DNA from: a virus
IMG/VR virus record: IMGVR_UViG_3300020411_003820
Location: 20,284 to 84,283 of that record
DNA length: 64,000 nt
Reading direction: 5' to 3' (one strand)
Shown here in pieces: positions 48,221 through 58,309 of this stretch (positions are counted from its first letter, which is position 1; each line of letters starts with the position of its first letter). The notes under the pieces are model-generated. The model was not told where the DNA came from. It did no database searches and saw nothing but the letters and a program-made list of their open reading frames with translations. Position numbers and translations under genes: made by a program.

Positions 48221-49591
48221 CTACGGCATACTGGACAACATACTTGTGGCACTAGCCAACTCCTGTTCTTGTGCTCGATCTCTATCAGCTTCAGCGCTGG
48301 TACTTTCAAATTCTTCATCACTATTTACACCAATAGACTGTTTAGGTGGTGGTGCAGGTTGTGGGACACCCGGGATTCCTAAAGCACGCGCATTGTCAGT
48401 ATACCAATCAAAAAACGGCACTGTGTATCCAGTTGTAGCATTTTGAGTTTCAGTTACAGGTGGTCCTTGCCCGTATGCATCTGTTTTGGTGCCCCCTTTC
48501 GTACTTCTACCGCCAACCCACACTTCAAGATGCAAATGGGGTCCTGTGCTACTACCAGCATTGGGATCATTTGAGCCGCCGCCGGATATACCAATAACGT
48601 CGCCGGCTTTGACATTTTTACTAGATGTCCAAGTTTGCAAGTGGGCATAAACTGAATACACTACCTTATTAGGATCTTTTAAATAATCTTTATTTTTGTG
48701 CTTAATTCTAACACGCCCTCCGAAACCATCGCCCGGACCTTTGCCGGAAACGCTAGCATCAACAACTTGACCATCTGCTATAGCAAGTATTTCTGTACCA
48801 GATGGTGTATCAAAGTCAGTACCACCGTGACGTCGACCTCTTAGTCCACGAATAGAGCCGGGTGGACCCCACGGGCTTGTAATTGGAAAATTACCTTTAA
48901 ATGGCATTCCAACTTTGTTTAACGCCCATTGCGGTATTGCCTCGCCTTTTCGAACCGGGTTATTATATGCATATTTTGCTCCACCACCTGTAAGGGCCCA
49001 TGGAATGTCAAAATTTGCTATTGTTTGTTTGGCATCCTCGGCACTCACAATTGTTCCCTCATATCTGCCTTTTTGCAAATCAAAAGAGCCGTCGTCGCCT
49101 TTGTCCAAAAAAACTTCTACAAGTTGTCCAGCACTTGGATATCCTAGACCGGCGCCAATAGAGAAATCTTCTCTTGAATAAAATATAGTATGCATTGATA
49201 TTAATTTCATTCGAACTTGTTCATATTCATCACCTAAAGTTGCTTCTGCGAATTCTAAAGATTCGCAAGGATTGGGTATAAAAGCATGTGGTGAATTTGG
49301 ACCTAATATTCTAGCACGAAAAGAAATCTTGCCAATCTTTTTTCTAGTACCCTCGACGCCGGCAAATTCTCGCGCTTTATCAGCAGTTGTAGGCTGTGGG
49401 GCTCCAGTTTCAAGCGATGCTTCATCTGTGGTGTGTCTAGTAGGATTTGCCAAAACAAGGGCAATAAAGTGATTTTTGCCAGCATACGCATCATATTCAA
49501 GTGCTTTTCGAACCGAATTAGCTGTAAGTTTGTTAGCTTGACGTGGACTGGCAAAATCTGAAAAATCAATAGCATGTTTTGTCGAAGCCAT
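48221..49591 (-). CDS. M23-family peptidoglycan endopeptidase (likely virion-associated)
   Basis: PITSPWG, HGGTDF (HxxxD), YAHL, STGPHLHLEV (HxH), with a long N-terminal extra domain. Confidence 0.85.
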   Translation of the reverse strand: MASTKHAIDFSDFASPRQANKLTANSVRKALEYDAYAGKNHFIALVLANPTRHTTDEASLETGAPQPTTADKAREFAGVEGTRKKIGKISFRARILGPNSPHAFIPNPCESLEFAEATLGDEYEQVRMKLISMHTIFYSREDFSIGAGLGYPSAGQLVEVFLDKGDDGSFDLQKGRYEGTIVSAEDAKQTIANFDIPWALTGGGAKYAYNNPVRKGEAIPQWALNKVGMPFKGNFPITSPWGPPGSIRGLRGRRHGGTDFDTPSGTEILAIADGQVVDASVSGKGPGDGFGGRVRIKHKNKDYLKDPNKVVYSVYAHLQTWTSSKNVKAGDVIGISGGGSNDPNAGSSTGPHLHLEVWVGGRSTKGGTKTDAYGQGPPVTETQNATTGYTVPFFDWYTDNARALGIPGVPQPAPPPKQSIGVNSDEEFESTSAEADRDRAQEQELASATSMLSSMP

Positions 49592-49881
49592 TAGTTATCC
49601 CCCTGAATCATATCAAAAAGACTAGCTTTATCTTCTTCGCTTAATCCAACGTCTTGTATCGTTTGTTTTTGCTTAATATTAATAAGTTTAACAAGTTGTT
49701 CGTTTGAGCGTTGCATTGTTTCAACATGCTTAGCAGCTACAGGAGAAAGTGAGCGATTGTTATCCGGATCAATAGCAATTTGATTAGCTAATTCATTCAA
49801 AAATTCACGGGCCAACTTTCGATCATTACGAATATTGTCCAGAGCTTCGTCAACTAAATTATCTAAATCTTGCTTACTCAC
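49591..49881 (-). CDS. Hypothetical helical protein
   Basis: Probable GTG start at 49881 overlapping the TGA of the sigma-like gene. Confidence 0.55.
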   Translation of the reverse strand: MSKQDLDNLVDEALDNIRNDRKLAREFLNELANQIAIDPDNNRSLSPVAAKHVETMQRSNEQLVKLINIKQKQTIQDVGLSEEDKASLFDMIQGDN

Positions 49882-50597
49882 AATCCGCCGTTCTCCCAAT
49901 CTTTTTTAAACCCACGATATAACACACGAAATTTGTTTAATGAACTCACTACTTGTTTGGTATTTAAGCCAGTTATTTCACGCAGGTAAAGGTAAATAGC
50001 TTTTTTGTTAAAAATTTCTATATCATCTTTTGACTCAAAAAGAATAATAATTGCTTTATGCACCTTTTGATCGTTAGCTCTCATTTTGGTCACATCCCAA
50101 GTTCTCAACTGTTGGTAAAAGGAGTCCCAAAACTCTTTTTCTAATTTATCAGTAAGCCACGATTGTTGTGTAGACAAATACTCTTCTTCATAATTCTTTG
50201 GTACAGCATCAAAATCAACTTCTCTTTTGTTTCTTTTTTGTTGTTTTTTGACTTTGTGAATAAACCAGTTTTTAGTAATTACACTAAAATATGAAAATGC
50301 TTTATACCCTTTATCCGGATCATATTTATCAAGAATGGTCATAAGCCAAACTTTACATTCATCTCTTAAATAATCAATATTGGGTAGTGTTGTAAATTTA
50401 TAAGTGAATACGATTTTGTCAACCATCTCATCAAAAGCTGGCTCTAAATATTTTACATATAATTCAGTCCTGACCCGTACGCAATCAGTTTTACAGTATT
50501 TAATTACTGCATCTTCGTGTTCTTTTGTGAAGTAATATTTTTTAGCCGCTTTCTTCTTCTTCGTAGTCTTCTTCTTCGCTGTCTCTGCTTGGCTCAT
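49878..50597 (-). CDS. Phage sigma-factor-like protein (T4 gp55-like)
   Basis: YFTKEHEDAVIKY...DKYDPDKGYKAFSYFSVITKNWFI resembles sigma region 2 / gp55, with an HTH-like C-terminus (LREITGLNTKQV). Start moved to MSQAE. Confidence 0.7.
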   Translation of the reverse strand: MSQAETAKKKTTKKKKAAKKYYFTKEHEDAVIKYCKTDCVRVRTELYVKYLEPAFDEMVDKIVFTYKFTTLPNIDYLRDECKVWLMTILDKYDPDKGYKAFSYFSVITKNWFIHKVKKQQKRNKREVDFDAVPKNYEEEYLSTQQSWLTDKLEKEFWDSFYQQLRTWDVTKMRANDQKVHKAIIILFESKDDIEIFNKKAIYLYLREITGLNTKQVVSSLNKFRVLYRGFKKDWENGGL

Positions 50598-50910
50598 TAA
50601 TTTGTGTTTCCTTGTTAGCATCCTCTTCGGTTGTTAGAGAATATATAAATTCAAACGTTTCCAGTTGTTCATTAAATGATATTGCATGTTCCATCAAAGC
50701 TCCTAAAGTTTGATCACCATAAAACATTTCAAGGCTATAAACATTTCTAAGGTGTTTTGAAAAATTATTAACCATATCTTGCAAATCGCCTAATTCTTCT
50801 GAAACAAACAAAAGTCTTGATAGTATGGAGCGCGTATAAATAAAAAATCCCACATTAGCTATTAATGATATTATTAACACTAATGTCATTACTGTTTCAA
50901 GACGGCTCAT
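50542..50910 (-). CDS. Single-pass membrane protein with acidic tail
   Basis: TM segment VMTLVLIISLIANVGFFIY, then a coiled coil and EEEDYEEEE. Confidence 0.6.
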   Translation of the reverse strand: MSRLETVMTLVLIISLIANVGFFIYTRSILSRLLFVSEELGDLQDMVNNFSKHLRNVYSLEMFYGDQTLGALMEHAISFNEQLETFEFIYSLTTEEDANKETQINEPSRDSEEEDYEEEESG

Positions 50911-51151
50911 AATTCTCACTTTTAGATTCGTTTTTCAAATCTTTTAATATTTCCTTGTTGGCTTTTATATATTCGTCAGTTAACTGACCTGTTTTTTCTG
51001 CTGGTTTTGTAATAGCCCGTAAAGGCTTTGAAATAATTTTTGATATGTCGCTGCTTCCACACTCAGTGCATATATCGTGCTTTTCTTCCCAATGATGAAA
51101 AACACAAAATTGTTCGTCACATGTATTGCATGCATATCTATATCTTGGCAT
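50897..51151 (-). CDS. FmdB-family zinc-ribbon protein
   Basis: MPRYRYACNTC...CTECGS. Confidence 0.75.
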   Translation of the reverse strand: MPRYRYACNTCDEQFCVFHHWEEKHDICTECGSSDISKIISKPLRAITKPAEKTGQLTDEYIKANKEILKDLKNESKSENYEPS

Positions 51152-51369
51152 TATTTAACCATTTTCAATAAATCTTCTTCTGTAATTGGTGCATCGTTAG
51201 AAACCCTCACAGTAGGTGGGTTTGCGACAACCAAACCTTCTTCACCCTCAACAAGTTCAAAACCTTTTAAAATTGGCACAATGTCCAATTCATTAAGAAG
51301 TGACTCTTGTAGGGCCATCATAACAGCTCCCAAAGCTTGGTTTGAAAGTTTAAGTGTAGGTGTATTCAT
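51151..51369 (-). CDS. Hypothetical protein
   Basis: 72 aa, GGAGG RBS, coupled to both neighbours. Confidence 0.6.
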   Translation of the reverse strand: MNTPTLKLSNQALGAVMMALQESLLNELDIVPILKGFELVEGEEGLVVANPPTVRVSNDAPITEEDLLKMVK

Positions 51370-52215
51370 TTAATTATCCTCCGAAATTGCTCTACCTTTT
51401 AATTGTTCCCAGTCTCTCTCTGGGCGTACTTCTAAATTCTTTTCCCATACCGCTGATAAAACTGATGTATTAACACCCAATAACCCAGCGAAGTATATTA
51501 ACGCATTGATATCTTTCGGGAAACAAGAACCGCCAAAACCCGATTTACCATCTGGTCCCGGTGTTGAGAAGTGTGATTTGCCTAGGCGCTCATCATAAAG
51601 CGCATATTCAACTACTTTATCATAATCAACATCAACATTGTCGCATATCTGCTTAAATTCGTTAGCAAAACTAACTTTAGTTGCTAAGAATGTATTGATA
51701 AAATACTTCACTGACTCTGCGGTATTTGAACCAGTTTTGATAATTGGTACTTCTTGAAAAACTTTTCTAAACATATTCTTAACAAGTGTCGACGCAGGGC
51801 GTGGCCCACCAATAATAATTCTATTTTGATTCTTAAAATCGTCGATGTAATTTGCTTCTGTTAAAAATTCAGGATTAAATACAACTTGAATGTTTTTGCA
51901 TTTTTCGTTAAATAACGCTGTAGTTCCGGGTGGGATCGTAGATTTTATAACTACTATATTGTCTAAATTATAGCTATCAATCTTGTAGACCACTTCTTGT
52001 AAAATAGATAAATCACAAGACCCGTCTTTTTTCATTGGTGTCGGCAAACAAACAAAAACAATTTTTGCACAATGACACACTTCTCTTATGTCAGGGCAAT
52101 TAGATTTTTCTTCTAAAAATTTATCATATGTATAAACGTCAAAGTGATCACGAAGACCCTCACACGTTGCTGTACCTACAAAGCCTTGACCAATAATGCC
52201 AATACTATTACTCAT
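51370..52215 (-). CDS. ugd: UDP-glucose/GDP-mannose 6-dehydrogenase family (short form)
   Basis: GIIGQGFVG, FVCLPTP, KSTIPPGT, NPEFLTE, GFGGSCFPKD. Start moved to MSNSIG (AGGAG RBS). The C-terminal UDP-binding domain appears absent. Confidence 0.85.
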   Translation of the reverse strand: MSNSIGIIGQGFVGTATCEGLRDHFDVYTYDKFLEEKSNCPDIREVCHCAKIVFVCLPTPMKKDGSCDLSILQEVVYKIDSYNLDNIVVIKSTIPPGTTALFNEKCKNIQVVFNPEFLTEANYIDDFKNQNRIIIGGPRPASTLVKNMFRKVFQEVPIIKTGSNTAESVKYFINTFLATKVSFANEFKQICDNVDVDYDKVVEYALYDERLGKSHFSTPGPDGKSGFGGSCFPKDINALIYFAGLLGVNTSVLSAVWEKNLEVRPERDWEQLKGRAISEDN

Positions 52216-53089
52216 CTTTGATTCTCCTAAAACAATCTTCAATGCCTTCAAAAATATCAATCTTAGCAGTCCAACCAGCGCCTTTGAGTGGGGTAATATT
52301 TGCTTTTGTTTCCTGCACGTCGCCCGGGCGTGGCGATCTATATTCAAACTGTACATCAGGAAAATGTTTGTTTACTATTTTTTTGATTTGATTTAAAGAT
52401 ATGTTCGTGCCAGTGCCTATCTCAAACACGGCGCCATTAAAATCTATTTCTTGTTCCATACAAAAAATATTTGCTTTTACAACATCATCAACATTCACCA
52501 TATCTCTTCTTTGCTCGCCGTCGCCATTGATATGTGGGGTTATATTATTACGTATTGCATGCATCCAATTAGAAATAGCTGTAGCATATGGACCATTAAT
52601 AGTTTGATCGTGAGAATACACATTAAAATATCGTAAACTTACAGTATCAAGCCCATAAAGTTTAGAATATAATGTGGTTTCAATTTCTGTTGTATATTTT
52701 TGCAATGCATATGGACTTTCTGGTCCAGTACCATTACCCATCACTGACGACGAGCTAGAGTAGATCACCCTTTTTACAGAGCCAACCTTGCGTGCAAAAT
52801 TTAATAATACAGTTCCAGCAAGAATATTATTTGTAGCTGTTTCTACAGGGTTTTCTACACTATACCCAACGCGTGGCCAACAAGCCATGTGAAAAACATA
52901 TTCTGGCTTGAAGTTATACCAGTGTGGGTGAAATTTTCCATCACTTCCTTCAGCTAAAGTCGTAATAATATCATGTTGAATGTCTTCTTCTAAATCAATT
53001 CCCATAACACTGTGTCCAGCATCTTGGAGTGCTTTATAAAGTTTTGAGCCGATATAGCCTTTGTGTCCTGTAACTAAACATCTAGCCAT
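52208..53089 (-). CDS. NAD-dependent epimerase/dehydratase (extended SDR)
   Basis: LVTGHKGYIG, SSSS, YALQK, LRYFNVY, GDGEQRRD. Confidence 0.88.
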   Translation of the reverse strand: MARCLVTGHKGYIGSKLYKALQDAGHSVMGIDLEEDIQHDIITTLAEGSDGKFHPHWYNFKPEYVFHMACWPRVGYSVENPVETATNNILAGTVLLNFARKVGSVKRVIYSSSSSVMGNGTGPESPYALQKYTTEIETTLYSKLYGLDTVSLRYFNVYSHDQTINGPYATAISNWMHAIRNNITPHINGDGEQRRDMVNVDDVVKANIFCMEQEIDFNGAVFEIGTGTNISLNQIKKIVNKHFPDVQFEYRSPRPGDVQETKANITPLKGAGWTAKIDIFEGIEDCFRRIKDE

Positions 53090-53303
53090 TATTGCTCTCC
53101 AATTTTTCAACATTATAATCTATAAAACTATGAATATCGCTATGTTTAAAACGATAAACATCATACAACTTATTTTTGTAAATTCCACCGTAGTAATTCA
53201 TATTTTTAACTTTCATAATAATTCCACTACCAGCATCTTTGACAATTGTATCGTCGGCGTACAACTCGTACCATTTTACTAAATCACCCACTTTTGCCGA
53301 CAT
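53082..53303 (-). CDS. Hypothetical protein
   Basis: 73 aa with AGGAG RBS; fills the gap between gmd and the epimerase. Confidence 0.5.
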   Translation of the reverse strand: MSAKVGDLVKWYELYADDTIVKDAGSGIIMKVKNMNYYGGIYKNKLYDVYRFKHSDIHSFIDYNVEKLESNNG

Positions 53304-54276
53304 TAAAAAGACTCCTTAGATCTTCATCATACATCATTCTAGCCAATTCTTTAAATTTAACTTTTGGTTCCCAATTAAGTTTCTTCTTAGCTTTTGTAGC
53401 ATCACCTAACAAAAGTGGCACCTCATGTGGTCTATATAACCTTTTGTCGGTTTCAAGGTGTTTTTTCACACTAAGTCCAGCATAATCAAAAACTTCATGT
53501 AAAAACTCTTCAACAGTGTGTGTTTCTCCAGTTGCAATAACGTAGTCATCTGGATTTTCTTGCTGCAACATTAACCACATCGCCTCTACGTAGTCACCTG
53601 CGAAGCCCCAATCTCTCTTGGCATGGAGATTGCCGAGTTGAATTTTATCTTGAAGACCTAATTTGATTTTAGCTGCGGCCATTGTAATCTTTCTTGTCAC
53701 AAATGTCTCGCCTCTTCGGGGTGATTCGTGATTAAATAAAATTCCACAAGAAGCGTGCAATCCGTAACTTTGTCGATAATTTCTAACTAAATTGTGCGCA
53801 AAAACTTTAGAACAAGCATAGGGTGAGGCTGGCATGAAGGTCGATTGTTCATTAAAAGGAGCCTCGGGGTTGTCACCAAACATTTCGGAAGATGATGCCT
53901 GATATAGCTTAATTTTGGGATTAACATTGCGAATAGCTTCCAGCAATTTAAGCGTACCCATGCCTACTGCTTCCGCAGTCTCTTGTGGAGTATCAAACGA
54001 AACACGAACATGTGATTGTGCAGCTAAATTATAAACCTCATCTGGCTTATATTCTGTAAGCAGTCGATGTAATTGCCCAGAGTCATTCATGTTACCATAA
54101 ACTAAATTAAAATCAACAACTTTATCAACATCATCAAATACATGATCGATGCGATCTGTCGCTAAAATTGATGTACGTCTTTTGACGCCTATAACATGGT
54201 AACCTTTACTAAAAAGTAAATCGGCTAAATACGATCCATCTTGACCGGTAATCCCGGTAATTAACGCTCTTTTCAT
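53284..54276 (-). CDS. gmd: GDP-mannose 4,6-dehydratase
   Basis: [67 protein letters not shown]. Confidence 0.97.
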   Translation of the reverse strand: MKRALITGITGQDGSYLADLLFSKGYHVIGVKRRTSILATDRIDHVFDDVDKVVDFNLVYGNMNDSGQLHRLLTEYKPDEVYNLAAQSHVRVSFDTPQETAEAVGMGTLKLLEAIRNVNPKIKLYQASSSEMFGDNPEAPFNEQSTFMPASPYACSKVFAHNLVRNYRQSYGLHASCGILFNHESPRRGETFVTRKITMAAAKIKLGLQDKIQLGNLHAKRDWGFAGDYVEAMWLMLQQENPDDYVIATGETHTVEEFLHEVFDYAGLSVKKHLETDKRLYRPHEVPLLLGDATKAKKKLNWEPKVKFKELARMMYDEDLRSLFNVGKSG

Positions 54277-55211
54277 TCAACACCTCTAATATTTGGGTAG
54301 CTCTTTTCATACCACTCGCAAGTCATTTTTAATCCTTCTTCAAAATTTGTATATGTATCTTTTTTCCAACCAAGACTTAATAGCTTATTATTAGAACTTG
54401 GTTTTCTAAATTGTCCGCTTGGTTTTGAATTATCCCACCTAACGGGTCCGGTATATCTCATATATTGACAAACTGAATCGACCACAGATTTAATGCTTCT
54501 CTCTTCAACAGTTCCAATATTAACAGGTAGTGGCTCATTGTAGGTTTCTAATAAAAACAATAATATTTTAGATATGTCAGAAGCAAACGTAAATTCCCTT
54601 AAATTCTCACCAGTTCCCCAAAAAATAGGAGTTTTTTTAGTTAATTTAGCATCGTGAATTTTTCTAATTATAGCAGGAATTACATGTCCATTTTCTAAAT
54701 CAAAGTTGTCGTGCAATCCATATAAATTATTTGGGACAGCACATATAAAATTGCATCCATGTTGTTGCCTAAGTGCTCTTGAATAAACATCGATCATTCT
54801 CTTAGCATACGCATAACCAAAATTACTTTGGTGGGGCGGCCCATCATGAAATTGCTCTGGAGTTAAAGGATACTGCGCTTCATCAGGATACACACAAGTA
54901 GACAAAAGAGAGACTACCTTTTTAACTCCAAGTCTCATAGACGCATCAAGCACATTAGTATTCATTAATATGTTATCTCTGAAAAAATCTGCAACAAATT
55001 CTGTATTGCTTTTTACTCCCCCAACTCTGGCAGCTAAATGTATAATAGCATCAGGATTGTGATTTAAAATCATTGAATCAACCTCATCAGCATGGCATAA
55101 ATCATATTGACTTGAACCAACGAATATAAATTCATAATCAGTCTGTAGATTTTGAAAGCTTTGACCTACCATGCCGGTACCACCGGTTATGAGAATTTTT
55201 TTAATCACCAT
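54273..55211 (-). CDS. fcl: GDP-L-fucose synthase
   Basis: [53 protein letters not shown]; adjacent to gmd. Confidence 0.92.
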   Translation of the reverse strand: MVIKKILITGGTGMVGQSFQNLQTDYEFIFVGSSQYDLCHADEVDSMILNHNPDAIIHLAARVGGVKSNTEFVADFFRDNILMNTNVLDASMRLGVKKVVSLLSTCVYPDEAQYPLTPEQFHDGPPHQSNFGYAYAKRMIDVYSRALRQQHGCNFICAVPNNLYGLHDNFDLENGHVIPAIIRKIHDAKLTKKTPIFWGTGENLREFTFASDISKILLFLLETYNEPLPVNIGTVEERSIKSVVDSVCQYMRYTGPVRWDNSKPSGQFRKPSSNNKLLSLGWKKDTYTNFEEGLKMTCEWYEKSYPNIRGVE

Positions 55212-55498
55212 ATTTTAATTTTACCAATTAGTATGTCCTTAAACATTATCCAATCACAAATTTTTGCTTTTATTGGAGCAGAGAAGGCAGCAGGCTCATT
55301 CTTTTCAAAAATGAAGTGTCCAGTCCATGCAAATGGATAAATAACAAATGGTGCAGCTAAAAGCAATAACCATAATTTGTGATATATAACAGTTGTTACA
55401 AACATTATTGTAACACATTGTCCTAGAAAGTGTAGTGCTCTACAATACTTATTTTGATGTAGAGTCAAGTAATACTCATAATATTGTTTTAAATCCAT
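55205..55498 (-). CDS. DUF962/Mpo1-like small membrane protein
   Basis: YLTLHQN...LHFLG...FAWTGHFIFEKNEPA. Confidence 0.85.
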   Translation of the reverse strand: MDLKQYYEYYLTLHQNKYCRALHFLGQCVTIMFVTTVIYHKLWLLLLAAPFVIYPFAWTGHFIFEKNEPAAFSAPIKAKICDWIMFKDILIGKIKIW

Positions 55499-56316
55499 TT
55501 AAACCATCCTTCTAAATTAACATCGCTTAAATTTTTATTTGAGGCGCCTTTCCACGGTCTCCAGGGTCCATAAACACCAACTTTTTTAGCATCGCTTAAT
55601 GCCGCGGCCCACCAACACAAAGTGCCGTGCTGAAAAAGTATATTATTAAAACACCTAATAAAACTAAAATCTTCCGCAACTGAATTTTTTCTATGAATTG
55701 GGTTAAATTGCGAAAGTCCCTCAACAATTGAATTGAAGTAGTCAACTGATTGTTGTGGTGACACTCTTTTATCTTCTTCTACATTAACATGAAACTTCAT
55801 ATTATTGAGTTGTTGTGGACTAATTTGTTCCCATTCGGGCATATCAGTAACAATATATAAATTATCAAAATTAAATTGCTGTATAGCGTTTACAAAATTT
55901 TGTGCTTGTGGTTTACTATCGTATTCATTTGCATAAAATAAACGATCGCCAGCTCTGAAATGTAATACTAAATCGTTTTCGTTTTTGTTTTTTATATCAG
56001 GAAACCATGTTTTTATTAAATCAATATTATTTTTAAAATATTTATAATTTTCAAAATAACCGCGAATCACAAAATCACTATTTTTATATTTAGAATTAAA
56101 AAAATGTGTATAGTTTATGTCACTAACAAGTTCGCAATTTGGAATTTCTGTATTATGGAGAGCAATCCCAATTTTTTCAAACTCACGAATACCATAATAA
56201 TCTGGCGTTGGTGGCACAGCTACTACTTCTTGTCCATGAAACGTTGCTAACAGACGTCCAGCAATATATTGAAATAAATTGTTTCCAAAACCATTAGTTA
56301 ATTGAACATACACCAT
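55489..56316 (-). CDS. GT11-like (alpha-1,2-fucosyltransferase-like) glycosyltransferase
   Basis: NGFGNNLFQY, GYFENYKYF, LHFRAGD (HxRxGD), GTLCWWAA. Confidence 0.8.
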   Translation of the reverse strand: MVYVQLTNGFGNNLFQYIAGRLLATFHGQEVVAVPPTPDYYGIREFEKIGIALHNTEIPNCELVSDINYTHFFNSKYKNSDFVIRGYFENYKYFKNNIDLIKTWFPDIKNKNENDLVLHFRAGDRLFYANEYDSKPQAQNFVNAIQQFNFDNLYIVTDMPEWEQISPQQLNNMKFHVNVEEDKRVSPQQSVDYFNSIVEGLSQFNPIHRKNSVAEDFSFIRCFNNILFQHGTLCWWAAALSDAKKVGVYGPWRPWKGASNKNLSDVNLEGWFKWI

Positions 56317-57101
56317 TATTTTTGTTCCACCAAATTACCATTTGCGTCAATTAGTTTCTCGTCAGTTTGTCTGAATGGGAAATCAGTAACAGGTTGCGTC
56401 TTATCATACTGATAAAATGGCAAGCAAATACTGGGTGCAAAATAAATTTTCATTCCAATATCATATAGATTATTCTCTAATGCAACTTCGGGACACTCAA
56501 AATTATTATCAGTTCTAGACTCATCAGCATCTTTCTGATATACAAACGAACAATATTTATCAAACGTATCGGGTTCAGAAAAAGAAAAAAACCATGGATC
56601 TTTGTGACCACTAGGATATATTGTGGTATATATTTCATTAGGCTGAATATCAAAAACCGAAAGGTTTATCAATTTTAAAAACATAGAATTATCAGGTCGA
56701 CACCTAACAATGACATCATATTTAAAATTATTATGTTCTGAATATTCTTTGGCCATAAGAAACCCATTTCTAATGTTTTGCATCTGATTATTCATTCTTT
56801 TTTTAAAATATCCTAAAGTGCCAAAATTTGAATCGTCTAATTCCTCATTTTCATCGATTTTTAAACCTTTCAAGTAATTTCCATAAATTTCAGTAACATC
56901 TATTCTTATCTTATCAGCTGAATCAGATGTAGTAATTTTATAATTTTGTGTTACATTAGCGCCGGTTGTATGTAGAGTATTTTTACTGCAAGCATATACA
57001 AACACATCTGCATTATTTGGCTCAATAATGTGTTTCAAATGATTGATGCAATTAATTTTATAATCTCTTAATTGACCAGTAATAATAACAGCTACTCTCA
57101 T
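56316..57101 (-). CDS. Putative glycosyltransferase-like protein
   Basis: VAVIITGQLR...KYDVIVRCRPD, a pattern common in phage and giant-virus glycan loci. Confidence 0.55.
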   Translation of the reverse strand: MRVAVIITGQLRDYKINCINHLKHIIEPNNADVFVYACSKNTLHTTGANVTQNYKITTSDSADKIRIDVTEIYGNYLKGLKIDENEELDDSNFGTLGYFKKRMNNQMQNIRNGFLMAKEYSEHNNFKYDVIVRCRPDNSMFLKLINLSVFDIQPNEIYTTIYPSGHKDPWFFSFSEPDTFDKYCSFVYQKDADESRTDNNFECPEVALENNLYDIGMKIYFAPSICLPFYQYDKTQPVTDFPFRQTDEKLIDANGNLVEQK

Positions 57102-58309
57102 GTTACCCTAACCTCTGGAAAATATCTGATAAATGACAATTTAGAGTTTGTGATTTCGTTAGCGCGGTTGCTGATCTCGTCGAAAAAGTTCCATGCTAAA
57201 GGAACGACCAAAAGTTTTTCAGGATCTTCATCAGCTAAAACAGCAGGATTTTTAATTGGTATATTTCGACCGGGTGTATAAAGATCCCACTTCAATTCAT
57301 TATCGTCTACAATATAATCTAAATCTGCTTGTGCAAAATTTAGAAAGGTATTGCCTTTTGCTGCAGCACCATAGCCAACCGTTTTATATCCTTTATCCTT
57401 GAACTTTTTCAATTCATCATTGAAGTCTTGCGTGACTTTAATACATTTTTTAGCATATTCCACGTATGTTTCAAGATTATATAAACCTTGTTCTTTTTCA
57501 TTTTTTATCCTCTTTTTGGCAATCGTTTCATCATGCTCACCTAAGCGTAGAACAAACACATAACTTCCACCATGAATATCAGCAGAAAATACATCTACAA
57601 GCGAATACCCGTTTAAATTAGCACATTTTTTCATTGATTTTGTGTTAAAAAACGAAAGATGTTCGTGATAAATTGTATCAAATTCATTATTAACAATCAT
57701 ATTAGCTTGTGAAGTTTGTATAAAAATATTTGTTTTATCATCACTCACATTTTGGCATGCTTTTAAAAAGTCATGTATACCGTTTGTGTGAGCAAAAACG
57801 TTTTGAGCAATTATAGCATCAAAAATAATATGCGCCTGTTCAGCCATATCTAACGAAACGTTTTCAGACCAATAATCACAAATTATATTATGATTTTGGC
57901 TACTTAACGGATATAAATTTTTAGCAGGATCAACACCAAACGTCTTCCAGCCTAAAGACTTAAACTTATCTAATTGCGTGCCGTCATTGCATGCAATATC
58001 TAAAACTGTTCTTCTTCCACTAGAGTATTCTGCGCACATGTTTGCGAAGTCCTCAAAATATGAATGTAGTGTTTTGCTTGTACCACTAACGTACAAATAA
58101 TCCTTAAACATTAAATCTGGATTAACAATGACACTCAATTGAACATGACAACACTCGCTACAAACATTAATTTTTAACGGATATTCCTCTTGTGCTTCAT
58201 CGTTACTGTGATAGCTATTAGCTAATGGCTGATTATTCAAATCTAAAACTTCTACCAATTTATCACTCGAACAAACACGACAATGTTTTATTTCAATATA
58301 ATTTTGCAT
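57098..58309 (-). CDS. NDP-sugar C-methyltransferase (SAM-dependent, Zn-binding N-terminus)
   Basis: CRVC, QPLAN, CSECCHVQL, LDIACNDG, NVFAH, FDTIYHEH, HGGS, GYGAAAKGNT. Start moved to MQNYIE. Confidence 0.88.
   Translation of the reverse strand: MQNYIEIKHCRVCSSDKLVEVLDLNNQPLANSYHSNDEAQEEYPLKINVCSECCHVQLSVIVNPDLMFKDYLYVSGTSKTLHSYFEDFANMCAEYSSGRRTVLDIACNDGTQLDKFKSLGWKTFGVDPAKNLYPLSSQNHNIICDYWSENVSLDMAEQAHIIFDAIIAQNVFAHTNGIHDFLKACQNVSDDKTNIFIQTSQANMIVNNEFDTIYHEHLSFFNTKSMKKCANLNGYSLVDVFSADIHGGSYVFVLRLGEHDETIAKKRIKNEKEQGLYNLETYVEYAKKCIKVTQDFNDELKKFKDKGYKTVGYGAAAKGNTFLNFAQADLDYIVDDNELKWDLYTPGRNIPIKNPAVLADEDPEKLLVVPLAWNFFDEISNRANEITNSKLSFIRYFPEVRVT

Noticed and set aside
9980-49591. Bacterial contractile injection system or tailocin instead of a phage
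   Set aside because: The flanking primase, resolvase, Mre11-Rad50 and gp55-like sigma, together with single-strand dense coding and no housekeeping genes, fit a phage genome better.
49591-49881. Possible small terminase subunit
   Set aside because: Size and helical character fit, but there is no diagnostic motif and no large terminase nearby, so it is left as hypothetical.
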